In this document: in pieces, positions 1 to 9,447 of the stretch
How positions within the stretch are numbered: the stretch's first letter is position 1
Layout of the letters: each line of letters opens with the position of its first letter
NCBI GenBank assembly: GCA_964353775.1
Contig: CAYGWB010000006.1
Span: forward strand, 4,718 to 68,717
Source of the DNA: an uncultured archaeon
Lineage (GTDB): Archaea > Aenigmatarchaeota > Aenigmatarchaeia > Aenigmatarchaeales > JAHLMS01
Length of the DNA stretch: 64,000 nt
Direction of reading: 5' to 3'
Made by a program: the position numbers and the translations under genes
The notes under the pieces: model-generated
The model's database searches: none
The model's input: only the letters and a program-made list of their open reading frames with translations
Told to the model about the DNA's origin: nothing

Positions 1-453
1 GATTATCCTGAACGTGTATGCGTCCACAGGTAGCACGGGCTTGTTGCCTGCGTACAGAACTATCGAGTCCGCTGTCTCTGGACCGATGCCGTTAAGTTCG
101 AGCAGCTCTTCTCGGATCTGCCAGACCGAACGATTGAAGAACTTGTCCAGATCTCCGGACCATTTGCCAGAAAGGTGGCGCGCGACGCCACGAAGTCGGT
201 CGGCCTTCTGCCTGTAGAATCCGGCCGGTCGTATCAGCTTCTGGAGCTGTCGCAGCTCCATGTTAGCGATAGAATCTATAGTCAGGCTGTCACTGTCCCT
301 TAGGTTCTTTATGGCCAGTTCGACGTTTCGCCAGGCCGTGTTCTGTGTGAGGATAGCACCGATTATCACTTCGAAGCGCGAGCGCGCCGGCCACCAGCTA
401 TGGACGGGGCCGTATTGCTTGCGTAAAGCCGTATACAAAGAGGCCGGTTGCAT
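1..453 (-). CDS. Endonuclease III-like HhH-GPD DNA glycosylase (runs off left edge; not in ORF track)
   Basis: Manual translation from ATG 453: MQPASLYTALRKQYGPVHSWWPARSRFEVIIGAILTQNTAWRNVE...IRPAGFYRQKA...LNGIGPETADSIVLYAGNKPVLPVDAY. Confidence 0.9.
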   Translation of the reverse strand, partial: MQPASLYTALRKQYGPVHSWWPARSRFEVIIGAILTQNTAWRNVELAIKNLRDSDSLTIDSIANMELRQLQKLIRPAGFYRQKADRLRGVARHLSGKWSGDLDKFFNRSVWQIREELLELNGIGPETADSIVLYAGNKPVLPVDAYTFRII

Positions 454-532
454 GCAAATCTATCGCAGACAGGGGATTAAAACTTTTCCGTTCTGGAGAT
501 AACTATTAATAAATGCCCGGGAGATTCTTGTC

Positions 533-1342
533 ATGCGATGGCTGATAGTCCCGATAATATTTCTACTGATTATCGGTACGGCTTTCGCGCAGACGTTTCC
601 CAACTGGGTCGACAAGTACGTGAACGACTTCGCTGGCATGCTCAGCACAGGTCAGACTGCTGAGCTGCGCAGTCTGCTTTCCGTGGTGGAACAGCAGACG
701 ACCGCAGAGATAACCGTCGTAACAATGAATACTACCACACCTGACACGCCGTCACAGTACAGGACCGAGCTGTTCAACGAATGGGGCGTAGGTAAGGCTG
801 ACAACGACAACGGACTACTAATACTCTATGCCAAGGAGGAACATAGGATAGAGGTAGAGGTCGGCTACGGACTGGAAGGAATCCTTCCGGACAGCAAGGT
901 CGGACGCATATTGGATGAGACATATGTTCCGCTCAGGGACGCCGGGAATGTCAGTGACGGTATCGTCGAAGCGACAAAGGCGCTGGCACAGGTCGTTTTA
1001 GATAACGCGGACGAGGTGCGTTCTGGTCAAGCATCGTCGACAGGCGGCGGAGCAGATTCATTCGTTTGGATAGTGTTTCTTATTGTATTCATAACCGTCC
1101 CTCTCTTAAAAATTTCAATGCGCTATTTGCTCACTCCAAAATGCCAATACGGACACCGAACAAAGTTCGACCGCATGGAAGGCGACATTGCGGTATACAA
1201 GTGCAAATACGGACATGAGGTGAGGAAAAAAGTACGGAAATCGACGTCCGTCTTCATAGTTGGCGGTGTAGGTGGTGGAGGCTTTGGCGGTGGTGGCGGT
1301 TTCGGCGGGGGAGGTTCCGGCGGTGGCGGAGCTGGAAGATAA
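533..1342 (+). CDS. TPM-domain (YgcG-like) membrane protein
   Basis: Signal peptide, YVNDFAGML, WGVGK..DNGLLIL, IEVGYGLEG-type motif, TM, Gly-rich tail GGGSGGGGAGR. Confidence 0.9.
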   Translation: MRWLIVPIIFLLIIGTAFAQTFPNWVDKYVNDFAGMLSTGQTAELRSLLSVVEQQTTAEITVVTMNTTTPDTPSQYRTELFNEWGVGKADNDNGLLILYAKEEHRIEVEVGYGLEGILPDSKVGRILDETYVPLRDAGNVSDGIVEATKALAQVVLDNADEVRSGQASSTGGGADSFVWIVFLIVFITVPLLKISMRYLLTPKCQYGHRTKFDRMEGDIAVYKCKYGHEVRKKVRKSTSVFIVGGVGGGGFGGGGGFGGGGSGGGGAGR

Positions 1343-1373
1343 CTATAAATATTGATTTATAGGATTGAATGAT

Positions 1374-1970
1374 ATGGCAGTGCCGACCAAATGGATGATA
1401 ATAGGCGCCATCGTTCTAGTGGCTCTGATAATAGTCGGCATGTTCATCGGATACTACAACAGCTTCGTGACGCTGAACCAGAACGTGCTCAGCAAGTGGA
1501 GCGAAGTCGAGAACCAGTATCAGAGACAGGCGGACCTCATACCGAACTTGGTCTCAACGGTGAGCAGCGCAGTCAAGGTGGAAGTCAACCTGATAAACAA
1601 CGTTACCGAGGCACGCAGCAGATGGCAGAACGCACCGCAGAGCGATCTGTTGGCAAGGGATACTGCCGGTGTGAATCTCCAGAACTCTGTCAACGCCTTC
1701 ATAAGTGCTGTCGCAACGGCCGAGAACTATCCAGTGCTGCAGGCCAACAAGAACTATGTCGCACTGCAGGACGAACTGGTCGGAACGCAGAACCGCATCA
1801 CGGTCGCACGCGGCAGATATATAGAATCAATACAGGGCTACAACACGGCGATACAGCGCTTCCCGGGCGTGATGTTTGCGGGCTTGTACGGCTTCGCTGC
1901 GAAAGAATACTACCAGGCGACTCCGAGCTCATTGCAGACGCCGATACTTGGCACAGGCCAGCTGCCTTAG
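1374..1970 (+). CDS. lemA: LemA family protein
   Basis: N-terminal TM, YN, QYQRQADLIPNLV, ENYPVLQA, NRITVARGRY; adjacent to TPM gene as commonly seen. Confidence 0.92.
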   Translation: MAVPTKWMIIGAIVLVALIIVGMFIGYYNSFVTLNQNVLSKWSEVENQYQRQADLIPNLVSTVSSAVKVEVNLINNVTEARSRWQNAPQSDLLARDTAGVNLQNSVNAFISAVATAENYPVLQANKNYVALQDELVGTQNRITVARGRYIESIQGYNTAIQRFPGVMFAGLYGFAAKEYYQATPSSLQTPILGTGQLP

Positions 1971-1972
1971 AA

Positions 1973-2899
1973 CTATTTTCTAATCAGAACTCTGTCCGTC
2001 TTGACAGCTATGCCCTTGTTAGTATTAGCCATGGACTCGCCAGACATCGCGGCCTTTCCGAAAGCCAGCATCTCTCCGCTCGGACCTAACATGGCCACCC
2101 AGTCGCCTATCTCGATTCCCTTCTGTATCTTTGCCAGACCGCCTACGGCCAGTGGCGCGCCGTTCAGGATGTTCGGGATGGCGGTCGACTTGACTATGAC
2201 GGATTTCATGGCGTCCGCGACCACCTCGAGCGGATGAACGATATCGCGCATCTTTCCCTCGTCGCCTTCCTTTAGCGCGGCCACGGCATCCATGAGCTTC
2301 TGCAGGGTCACGACCCTGTCCTCAGTGAACGGGCCGGAGCGTACACGGCGCAGCTCCTGCATGTGCGCACCGACCCCGAGGCGCTTTCCGATATCGTCTA
2401 TCAGCTTTCGAATATAGGTACCGGCCTCGCAGCCGACATTGAAAAGAACGTCGCGACCGGAAATCTCTAGTACCTTCAAGAAGTATATCTCTCTCAGACG
2501 CTCGCGTCTGGCAACAGCCGCCCTCTGCGGCGGTATCTGCTTTATCTTGCCGATGAACTCGTCCAGCACTTTTCTCAGTTGCTGCTCGGGCACTTCCTTG
2601 TGTATGTGCATCAGCGCCACGTACTCCTTAGGGCTCGAAAGAAGTATGGGCATCAGCTTTGTCGCGTTCTTCAGCGCGATGACAAGAACACCACTCACGC
2701 GTGGGTCGAGCGTACCGCCGTGCGAACACTTGTCTATGCCCATGATCTGCTTTATCCAAGCGTCGACCTGATGTGAAGTCGGGCCGGAAGGCTTGTCGAG
2801 AATTATTATGCCGTTAGAAATCAGCTTGTCAATCGGCCGTGCGCCAGGATAGTTGTCTGTCAGAAATGTCTCTTCGCTACGAATGAACCATTCCAACAT
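1973..2899 (-). CDS. truB: Cbf5/TruB tRNA/rRNA pseudouridine synthase
   Basis: LDKPSGPTSHQV, HGGTLDPRVSGVL, GTYIRKL, C-terminal PUA domain. Confidence 0.95.
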   Translation of the reverse strand: MLEWFIRSEETFLTDNYPGARPIDKLISNGIIILDKPSGPTSHQVDAWIKQIMGIDKCSHGGTLDPRVSGVLVIALKNATKLMPILLSSPKEYVALMHIHKEVPEQQLRKVLDEFIGKIKQIPPQRAAVARRERLREIYFLKVLEISGRDVLFNVGCEAGTYIRKLIDDIGKRLGVGAHMQELRRVRSGPFTEDRVVTLQKLMDAVAALKEGDEGKMRDIVHPLEVVADAMKSVIVKSTAIPNILNGAPLAVGGLAKIQKGIEIGDWVAMLGPSGEMLAFGKAAMSGESMANTNKGIAVKTDRVLIRK

Positions 2900-2902
2900 C
2901 GA

Positions 2903-3208
2903 TCAGCTCTTCTTTTTAGCCTGATGCAGATTCTTTTTTGTAGGAACTTCGATGTTCAGCTTCTTTATCAGGCCGGACTCCTTCCAAGCGGCCTCGACGC
3001 TGTTGTCATCCGAACCGGAAGACACGTCGAGCTTGTGCGAGGTCGGCTCCAAGTGATACATGTTGCACTTCCTGCGCTTGACACCCGTGACGGCCTTCGG
3101 ACCGGTTATCGTGACGAACGGCGCTTTCTCCTCGACCACGACGCAATATTTTCCGCCGTCCCTGCCCGCGATCTTAAAGCATATTCTGCCTGGTTGGAAT
3201 GCCGTCAT
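2903..3208 (-). CDS. rpl14e: 50S ribosomal protein L14e
   Basis: GRICFKIAGRDGGKYCVVV, TGVKRRKCNMYHLEPT. Confidence 0.93.
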   Translation of the reverse strand: MTAFQPGRICFKIAGRDGGKYCVVVEEKAPFVTITGPKAVTGVKRRKCNMYHLEPTSHKLDVSSGSDDNSVEAAWKESGLIKKLNIEVPTKKNLHQAKKKS

Positions 3209-3466
3209 TTATTTCACCATCCTCTTTAAAGCAAGTCGGCTGCACGACGGACAAAGTTCAGGGAAGCGCCTTTCCGGTCTTCTTTCAGTCTTCCTCAATT
3301 TCCTTATCTCCGTTCTCGACAGCCTCGGCCTGTTCAGCTTCGCGCCGCATGAACCGCAGGTACAGTGGGACGGTATGGATTTTCTGAACTGCACCATCGT
3401 CCTTCCGCCCGGCGTGATGATATTTTTCCTCTTCCATGCGGTCCTTGAACGTAATTGTCTTCGCAT
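3209..3466 (-). CDS. rpl34e: 50S ribosomal protein L34e
   Basis: TPGGRT, CGSCGAKL, ERRPERRFPELCPSC. Confidence 0.92.
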   Translation of the reverse strand: MRRQLRSRTAWKRKNIITPGGRTMVQFRKSIPSHCTCGSCGAKLNRPRLSRTEIRKLRKTERRPERRFPELCPSCSRLALKRMVK

Positions 3467-3467
3467 C

Positions 3468-3944
3468 TCACTCGACCCCCAAAAACTTTCTGAAAACCTG
3501 CGACATAGGTACGGACAGTAATATGTACCACATCAACCAACCGAAATCGGTTCCGAAGTATGGCAGGTTGAAAGGCAGCAGAGCTACCGGCCCTGTCCAG
3601 ACCGTTGCCATCCACGGCAAAAGCAATATGACAAACAGCATTGTAGGAAGCATAGGCTTGAAGTTCATCATCATCTGTTTGTTCGAGAGCTTCAAGACAT
3701 CGGACACGGTCTTGTTCGCCTCTTCCGGGTTTGTCTTCTGCAGTTCCTTGGCCTTGGCCTGCAGCTCGCGCATCTGAGCCTTGAGCTCGCGCAGCGTGGC
3801 CTGATTGACCATGTACTTGTAGAAAAATGTTATCACGAGCGTTATCATCAGTGCTAGTATCGTCTCGCCAATCACCGGCGGCAGTGCTATCAACGGTCCG
3901 AAGACTACGCTGAGCGCCGCATAATAGCTTTCAACAATACCCAT
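3468..3944 (-). CDS. DUF106 / EMC3-TMCO1 (Oxa1 superfamily) membrane protein
   Basis: TM-coiled coil-TM topology, FKPM, GWLMWYILLS; conserved position after adk. Confidence 0.85.
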   Translation of the reverse strand: MGIVESYYAALSVVFGPLIALPPVIGETILALMITLVITFFYKYMVNQATLRELKAQMRELQAKAKELQKTNPEEANKTVSDVLKLSNKQMMMNFKPMLPTMLFVILLLPWMATVWTGPVALLPFNLPYFGTDFGWLMWYILLSVPMSQVFRKFLGVE

Positions 3945-3948
3945 ATCA

Positions 3949-4620
3949 TCACTTTTTCTTACCTTGTCTGTCAACCTTTTTAAACGTATTCAGCTTGTCC
4001 ATTATCTTGCCGACCATTATCTCCGGCGGTATGTCCGGGCTGTCGCACTCGACATCGACCACAATGCCCTGATCGCGATAGTGCTTTATCAACGGCGCGG
4101 ACATCGTGTGGTAGAGCCCGAGCCTCTTCTTTATGGCCTCTGGCTTATCATCATCGCGCTGATACAGATGGCCGCCGCATTTGTCGCAGATGCCCTCTTT
4201 CTTTGGTTTTAGTGTCAATGTGTTAAATATGGTGCTGCAGTTCTTGCACTGTACGCGTGTCGAGAGCCTTTGAAGTAGCACCCATTCCGGCACGACAAGG
4301 TTTATCACAACATTGATTTTAGTGATACTGTCCAATGTCTGGGCCTGATCGCGGTTGCGTGGGAAGCCGTCAAGTATGAAACCTTTCGCAGCATCGGGTT
4401 GGTCGAGCCTCTTCTTCAATATCTTAAAGACAATCTCGTCAGGCACGAGCCCGCCCGTGTCCTGGTGGTGCCTTATCGTTTTGCCGTACTCCTTGTCATC
4501 CCTGGCAGCCCTCAGCAGGTCGCCTGTTGCTATGTGCGGTATCTTGCCCAACAACGGGCTGAGTCTGCTGGCATACGTGCCCTTTCCCGAACCCTGCGGA
4601 CCGAATATTATCATCTTCAT
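3949..4620 (-). CDS. adk: Adenylate kinase, bacterial type with Zn lid
   Basis: GPQGSGKGT, HIATGDLLR, GFILDGFPR, CxxC...CxxC lid, QRDDD. Confidence 0.95.
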   Translation of the reverse strand: MKMIIFGPQGSGKGTYASRLSPLLGKIPHIATGDLLRAARDDKEYGKTIRHHQDTGGLVPDEIVFKILKKRLDQPDAAKGFILDGFPRNRDQAQTLDSITKINVVINLVVPEWVLLQRLSTRVQCKNCSTIFNTLTLKPKKEGICDKCGGHLYQRDDDKPEAIKKRLGLYHTMSAPLIKHYRDQGIVVDVECDSPDIPPEIMVGKIMDKLNTFKKVDRQGKKK

Positions 4621-6150
4621 TCATTCACCCATTATTTTTTTAACAATCGGCGGCATGTCGTCGGCGTGCTGCGATGCTATCTGCTCGTAGAACTGGTGTA
4701 CTATCATTACTGTAAGCAAAATTCCTGTTCCCGTTCCGAGCGCGAGCGTCAGGTCGGCGAAGGAAGCCAGGAAACCTATGAATGCCCCGCCCAGAACTGC
4801 CAACGCGGGTATGTAGCGTTCGAGCACGCGCTCGATGATACGCGGATCATGTCTGAAACCGGGTATGGATATCGCGGCCGACTTGAACTGTTCGGAAACG
4901 CTGTGGGCGTCCATGCCGGCAGTGTTCACCCAGAACATTGAAAATATTACCGAGCCTGCGATCATTATCAGCATGTAGACGATCGCGCGGGCGACGAGCA
5001 GGCTCCATGCATCGAACGCCGGCATCATGCCTATGGAGCTTACGAGCGCCCAGCCGGCTACAACGCCTATCACACCGCCGAGCACTGACATGCGCAACGG
5101 CCACTTCTTAATCACGCGCAGTCCTATGAAGGCGAAGACTAGTGCAAACACGCCTACCAAGACGGATATTATCAGCAACGGTTGCGCTTCAAGCCCGTGG
5201 GGTGGAGACAAGAACATGGCAATGCCAGACTGAGGTGTGCTGGTCTTTACGTCATACGTTCCAAAAAATGTTATGCCTTTTTGATAAAGCAGCCGGCCCA
5301 TTATCTGCAGGTTTGCCAGGACAGCGGCCGTCAGGATGACCGGTATGTTGGATGTGTAAAGGAACTTCAGCGGCCATCGCCTTGCAGCGAACTTGCCGAA
5401 CGGGAACGTGAACGCCATGGGTATCTCGACGCGCATGCCCTGTGCGAAAAGGACGATGACGAATACGACTGCGGTCGATATCAATGGCAAGAGCGTCATG
5501 AACGCCGTGCCTGGCATTCCGGAAGCCATCAACGAACCGAACTGAGGCAGGATGCCGACGAACGCGTCGCCCTGCACGACCGGCGAGAACATTCGCGTTA
5601 TTATGGTCTTCGAGACTCCGGCTGCGATGAAAAGGCTGACCCCCGATCCGAAGCCCCACTTGCTGCAGACCTCGTCCATGAACATTATCAGTATTCCGCC
5701 TGCCGCTAGTTGGAGTATGACAAATGCCGCAAGCTCAGGTGCTGCGGGCGGTATTGCACCCGCCATCACGTAAGCGACGGCCTCTACGAAGCAGAAAAGA
5801 ATCGTCATTATCTTCTGTACTGCCATGAACTTCGCTTTACCCTCTTTCGATTGCAAATCCCAGGGTATCAGTTTCGATCCGACGAGCAGCTGCAATATTA
5901 TGGATGCCGTCACTATCGGCCCGATACCGAGCGTTATCAGTGATCCGAACTTCGAACCGAACACTATCTCAAGGAACTCGAACTGTCCGACAGCCGAAGA
6001 ATTGATGCCCCAGACAGTGATGATACCGAGAGCAAAATAGAGTATCAGGATTATGCCGGTCCATTTCAGCTTGTCATTGAAGGTCAGCTTCTGCAGCGGT
6101 TTCACTACTGCTGGCAGCTTTGTAGAAAGACTGGCGAGATCGAACGGCAT
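4621..6150 (-). CDS. secY: Protein translocase subunit SecY/Sec61alpha
   Basis: LGIGPIVTASIILQLL, KWGFGSGVSLFI, YTSNIPVIL, IPGFR, GTGILL. Confidence 0.97.
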   Translation of the reverse strand: MPFDLASLSTKLPAVVKPLQKLTFNDKLKWTGIILILYFALGIITVWGINSSAVGQFEFLEIVFGSKFGSLITLGIGPIVTASIILQLLVGSKLIPWDLQSKEGKAKFMAVQKIMTILFCFVEAVAYVMAGAIPPAAPELAAFVILQLAAGGILIMFMDEVCSKWGFGSGVSLFIAAGVSKTIITRMFSPVVQGDAFVGILPQFGSLMASGMPGTAFMTLLPLISTAVVFVIVLFAQGMRVEIPMAFTFPFGKFAARRWPLKFLYTSNIPVILTAAVLANLQIMGRLLYQKGITFFGTYDVKTSTPQSGIAMFLSPPHGLEAQPLLIISVLVGVFALVFAFIGLRVIKKWPLRMSVLGGVIGVVAGWALVSSIGMMPAFDAWSLLVARAIVYMLIMIAGSVIFSMFWVNTAGMDAHSVSEQFKSAAISIPGFRHDPRIIERVLERYIPALAVLGGAFIGFLASFADLTLALGTGTGILLTVMIVHQFYEQIASQHADDMPPIVKKIMGE

Positions 6151-6153
6151 AAC

Positions 6154-6576
6154 TTACGCCTTCTCTTTTTGGATTGCCTGCCCTCCGGCAGCTTCTATCT
6201 TGGATTTTGCGCGCTCGACTATGCAATCGGCCTTTACAACGAGCGGCTGTGTGAGGTTTCCAGAACCCAGCACCTTGTCAAATCCGTGTTCGGCCAGATT
6301 TATTTCCTTCTTTCCGAGCCTTCTTGCGAGCGTATCCAAATCGCGAAGGGTTATGGCGTGCACGACTGTTTTGGCCCCTGTGGGGACCTTGAAGCCGTAC
6401 CTGCCGAAATGTCGCGGCTCGTTATTGATCATCCACGACTTGTTGTGCTTCATCATTCCCGAGCGGCCCTTTCCCGACCGGCTGCCGCCGCCACGATGTT
6501 TCTTCTTCGCACCCCAACCGTGTGTGTGCGTGCCTCGCATGCGTCGTACCTTTTTATGGAATCTTGCCGGCATCAA
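6154..6576 (-). CDS. rpl15: 50S ribosomal protein uL15
   Basis: RGTHTHGWG..KKHRGGGSRSGKG, KVLGSG, KIEAAGG. Confidence 0.95.
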   Translation of the reverse strand: MMPARFHKKVRRMRGTHTHGWGAKKKHRGGGSRSGKGRSGMMKHNKSWMINNEPRHFGRYGFKVPTGAKTVVHAITLRDLDTLARRLGKKEINLAEHGFDKVLGSGNLTQPLVVKADCIVERAKSKIEAAGGQAIQKEKA

Positions 6577-7010
6577 ATCATCCTCTTGAGCAGTTCATTT
6601 ATTTTTTCTCCGCGATCGCCCAGCTCGCCTTTCGGCCAGTGCTGCTTGATCGAGTGCTTGAACCCGCCAGACGGCGGCGTGAGCCTGAAAACCGGTTTGA
6701 AGCCGAGGTCGGAAAGTTTTTTATCCGCCTTTAGACCACTGATGGCGGTCCGCACTTCCTCTGCGGTCAATTTTTTGTTGCCGGGTTTTCGCCCGCGCTT
6801 GCTCACAAGCGACTCCAGCATCTTGTCGGATATCTGTCCCCATGTAATCATATCACGTGAGACCTGCAGCATGCCATTTATGCTCGGGTTCTCAGGCAGC
6901 AGTACCGCATGCATCTTTCTGCGCAGCCGCAGCAGCATGAGATCGTCTGAGATGTTCTTGCGAACACCTGTAATGCCGCGGATGCGTATTGCTACTATCA
7001 TTTCATTCAA
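6573..7010 (-). CDS. rpl30: 50S ribosomal protein uL30
   Basis: AIRIRG, ITWG, FRLTPPSGGFK, GDRGEKINELLKRM. Confidence 0.94.
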   Translation of the reverse strand: MNEMIVAIRIRGITGVRKNISDDLMLLRLRRKMHAVLLPENPSINGMLQVSRDMITWGQISDKMLESLVSKRGRKPGNKKLTAEEVRTAISGLKADKKLSDLGFKPVFRLTPPSGGFKHSIKQHWPKGELGDRGEKINELLKRMI

Positions 7011-7872
7011 CCCTGCCCGTCTTCAGCCCGATTGCTGATTCTGTCTTTTCCGACACGCGATATGCGTTCAGCTTACCCAACGCGTCGAATACCGCCTTTA
7101 TGAGATTGACACGTGTCTGCGTCTGACCGCGCGACTTGCACCAGACATCGCGGATGCCGGCAAGTGCGAGCACCTTCTTGACCTCGTCGCTGACAGCCAG
7201 ACCGAGGCCGCGCGGCGCCGGCATGAGGTTGACACGCACTGATCCGGACTTTCCGGTCACTGCGAACGGTATGCTGTGACTACCGCCGCATTTGCACTCC
7301 CAACTACCACAGCCCCTGCGTATAGGAATCAGGTTGAGCTTGGCCTTATTGAGGGCCTTCTCTATAACTTCGCGGTGCGCACCTGGCAGACCGCCGACCA
7401 ATCCGAGGCCGACATAACCGTTTCGATTACCGGCCACGACCATGACCGATATGTGGTAGCGCCTGCCGCTCTTGTGCATTCTGGATGTACGCTTGGACGG
7501 CGTTCGGCGTATTCCTCCGCCTTTTCCGGTGCTTCCACCTATGAGTATGATCTCGCTCTCAAGACCCGGCACGAGCGCGTCTACGATTGCAGACTCCGTA
7601 ATCCGACGTCCTGATTCAAAGAGCTGAGCAATGTCAGTTATCTTTCCTTCTGCCACGTCCTTTCCTGTCTGGGTACGTGCCGACCAAGAGGCCGTCGGCT
7701 GTCTAGGTTCGACCGGAACATTCTCCTTGGGCACGATCGCGGCTGCTTCCAGCTCCTTCGGTATTATTTCTTCCGCGGTCGTGATGTTGCTCTGCTGAGT
7801 AACTTCCTGCTTCGTTTCACTTCGTGGCAATCGCCTTGTCTTCCGTGATTCGCGTTTTTCTGTCATCATCAT
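7003..7872 (-). CDS. rps5: 30S ribosomal protein uS5 (with charged N-terminal extension)
   Basis: WSARTQTG, RMHKSGRR, RRGCGSWEC, PAPRGLGL; start trimmed to ATG overlapping rpl18 stop. Confidence 0.95.
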   Translation of the reverse strand: MMMTEKRESRKTRRLPRSETKQEVTQQSNITTAEEIIPKELEAAAIVPKENVPVEPRQPTASWSARTQTGKDVAEGKITDIAQLFESGRRITESAIVDALVPGLESEIILIGGSTGKGGGIRRTPSKRTSRMHKSGRRYHISVMVVAGNRNGYVGLGLVGGLPGAHREVIEKALNKAKLNLIPIRRGCGSWECKCGGSHSIPFAVTGKSGSVRVNLMPAPRGLGLAVSDEVKKVLALAGIRDVWCKSRGQTQTRVNLIKAVFDALGKLNAYRVSEKTESAIGLKTGRVE

Positions 7873-8408
7873 CCCTTCTGAGTTATCTTTGTTTTTACAT
7901 CGGCTATATGTTTTGATAATTCTGTCGCCGGTACTCCGTATTTGGAGAACGCGGGCTTCTGCACCTTCGGCGCCCACGCAGCGATGTGCTTACCGTTTAT
8001 CCTGTCGTCGGAAGGCAACATGTCGGCGCTATGCGCCACTGAAATTCCCGAGTCGACTACGCCTTTGACCGCAGCATACAGCCTGCCTCCCTTCGTGCTT
8101 GATGCAAGTCCCAAATCAAGTACGGCATCTGTTATGCCGGCTGCTTTGGCCCGTTTTCCAGCAAGCAACCCTGTGAGATAGGCCGCCGGTATATTGCCCG
8201 TGGCGGCGTTCCAACCATATTTTTTCAGTTCCGATGTCGTGGCCGTAGCCACTGTCGCATCGCCTGTCACCGACCATTTGATGAACTGTATGATTATATG
8301 TGTCAGGCTCCTTCGCACCACCATTCGCACTTTTCCTGATTTTATCAGCGCGAGCCTGGCGCGATAGTCAGTCTTTCCTTCTATGCGTCTTCGGAATTGC
8401 ATCCTCAT
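7869..8408 (-). CDS. rpl18: 50S ribosomal protein uL18
   Basis: RRRIEGKTDYRARL, NIPAAYLTGLLAG, LDLGL. Confidence 0.95.
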   Translation of the reverse strand: MRMQFRRRIEGKTDYRARLALIKSGKVRMVVRRSLTHIIIQFIKWSVTGDATVATATTSELKKYGWNAATGNIPAAYLTGLLAGKRAKAAGITDAVLDLGLASSTKGGRLYAAVKGVVDSGISVAHSADMLPSDDRINGKHIAAWAPKVQKPAFSKYGVPATELSKHIADVKTKITQKG

Positions 8409-8848
8409 TTGCTCACCTTGGCCTTCTTCAGGTAACCCACCGTCTCGAGGTGGCTTGTCATATGCGCCTTGCTCCTGAATGCGCCGCCTTTGATCATGCG
8501 ATATATCTTTCTGTATGTGTTCGGTGCCAGCTTCGGTTTCAGTTCGTTCAGCAGTTCGCGCTGTGGTCGCACTATCTTGAGCCAGACATCTTTGCGGCCG
8601 CCTGACCTGGATCTCGTGCTGCCCTTCCTGCTGCCGGCGCGCTGATAACGTCGCTTTCCTGCAGGGCCCGTGCCTTGAACGGGCAGCTTATGTATCGCCC
8701 CCGAAGCTATGAGACGTCTCACATCGGCCCTTGTTATCGCGGCCGCGACCTTCGTCGTTGCAGCCGGATCTACCCAGACCCGAGTGGCGCCGCATTTCAT
8801 CAGCGATGCGGCAACCCTAACCTGTGTTATCTTGTGTCTTGCTGACAT
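8405..8848 (-). CDS. rpl19e: 50S ribosomal protein L19e
   Basis: AASLMKCGATRVWVDP, AITRADVRRLI, GSRKG, YRMIKGGAFRS. Confidence 0.93.
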   Translation of the reverse strand: MSARHKITQVRVAASLMKCGATRVWVDPAATTKVAAAITRADVRRLIASGAIHKLPVQGTGPAGKRRYQRAGSRKGSTRSRSGGRKDVWLKIVRPQRELLNELKPKLAPNTYRKIYRMIKGGAFRSKAHMTSHLETVGYLKKAKVSK

Positions 8849-8852
8849 AGCA

Positions 8853-9020
8853 TCACGCCATCTGTTGCTCCGCAATAGTCTCCTGCGGACTTACCACCAT
8901 GCCGAAATCGCCGAACACTGCCCTGCATGTCGGACAAACGAATATCTTTGCAATCGACTGCATGCGTCTGCCTGACGTGCAGCATGCCGGACATTTTCCC
9001 GATTCGACATTCATGAACAT
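8853..9020 (-). CDS. 55-aa CxxC..CxxC zinc-ribbon protein inserted between rpl32e and rpl19e (below ORF-track cutoff)
   Basis: MFMNVESGKCPACCTSGRRMQSIAKIFVCPTCRAVFGDFGMVVSPQETIAEQQMA*; fills the gap, 4 nt from each neighbour. Confidence 0.7.
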   Translation of the reverse strand: MFMNVESGKCPACCTSGRRMQSIAKIFVCPTCRAVFGDFGMVVSPQETIAEQQMA

Positions 9021-9024
9021 GATA

Positions 9025-9447
9025 TCACTTCTCTTCCTGCTTCGGCTCTGGCTTCGCCTTCCTTCTTATCTCTATCTTTTTCGGATTCAGCACCTTCAGA
9101 CCAGCAACCTTGGCGGCGTCCTGTATGACTATCCTTTTTGCATTGCCTACGCCTCCGGCGATCCGCACCGCGTGCACGTCCGGTTTTAGATTCACAAGTT
9201 CGGGCTGATTATTGACCAGTACTTCAGTCAGGCCTGTCGGATGGAGACCCTTGGCAGCCAGCGGCGAACCGTAACCGGCCTGCGCTAACCAGCCATGCGA
9301 TCGGATGTGCTGCCTCAGCTTGCTGTGCATCCCCTTTGGTTTGCGCCACATCTGCCCGACCCTCTTCAAGTGCCAATTGGCCCGCTTGAAGGCCGGCTTG
9401 ACCTGCTTCATCCTTCGTCTGATTTTTATTGGATTCATATCAACCAC
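9025..9447 (-). CDS. rpl32e: 50S ribosomal protein L32e
   Basis: KPAFKR, WRKPKGMHSKLR, GYGSP, GLHPTG. Confidence 0.95.
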   Translation of the reverse strand: MVDMNPIKIRRRMKQVKPAFKRANWHLKRVGQMWRKPKGMHSKLRQHIRSHGWLAQAGYGSPLAAKGLHPTGLTEVLVNNQPELVNLKPDVHAVRIAGGVGNAKRIVIQDAAKVAGLKVLNPKKIEIRRKAKPEPKQEEK

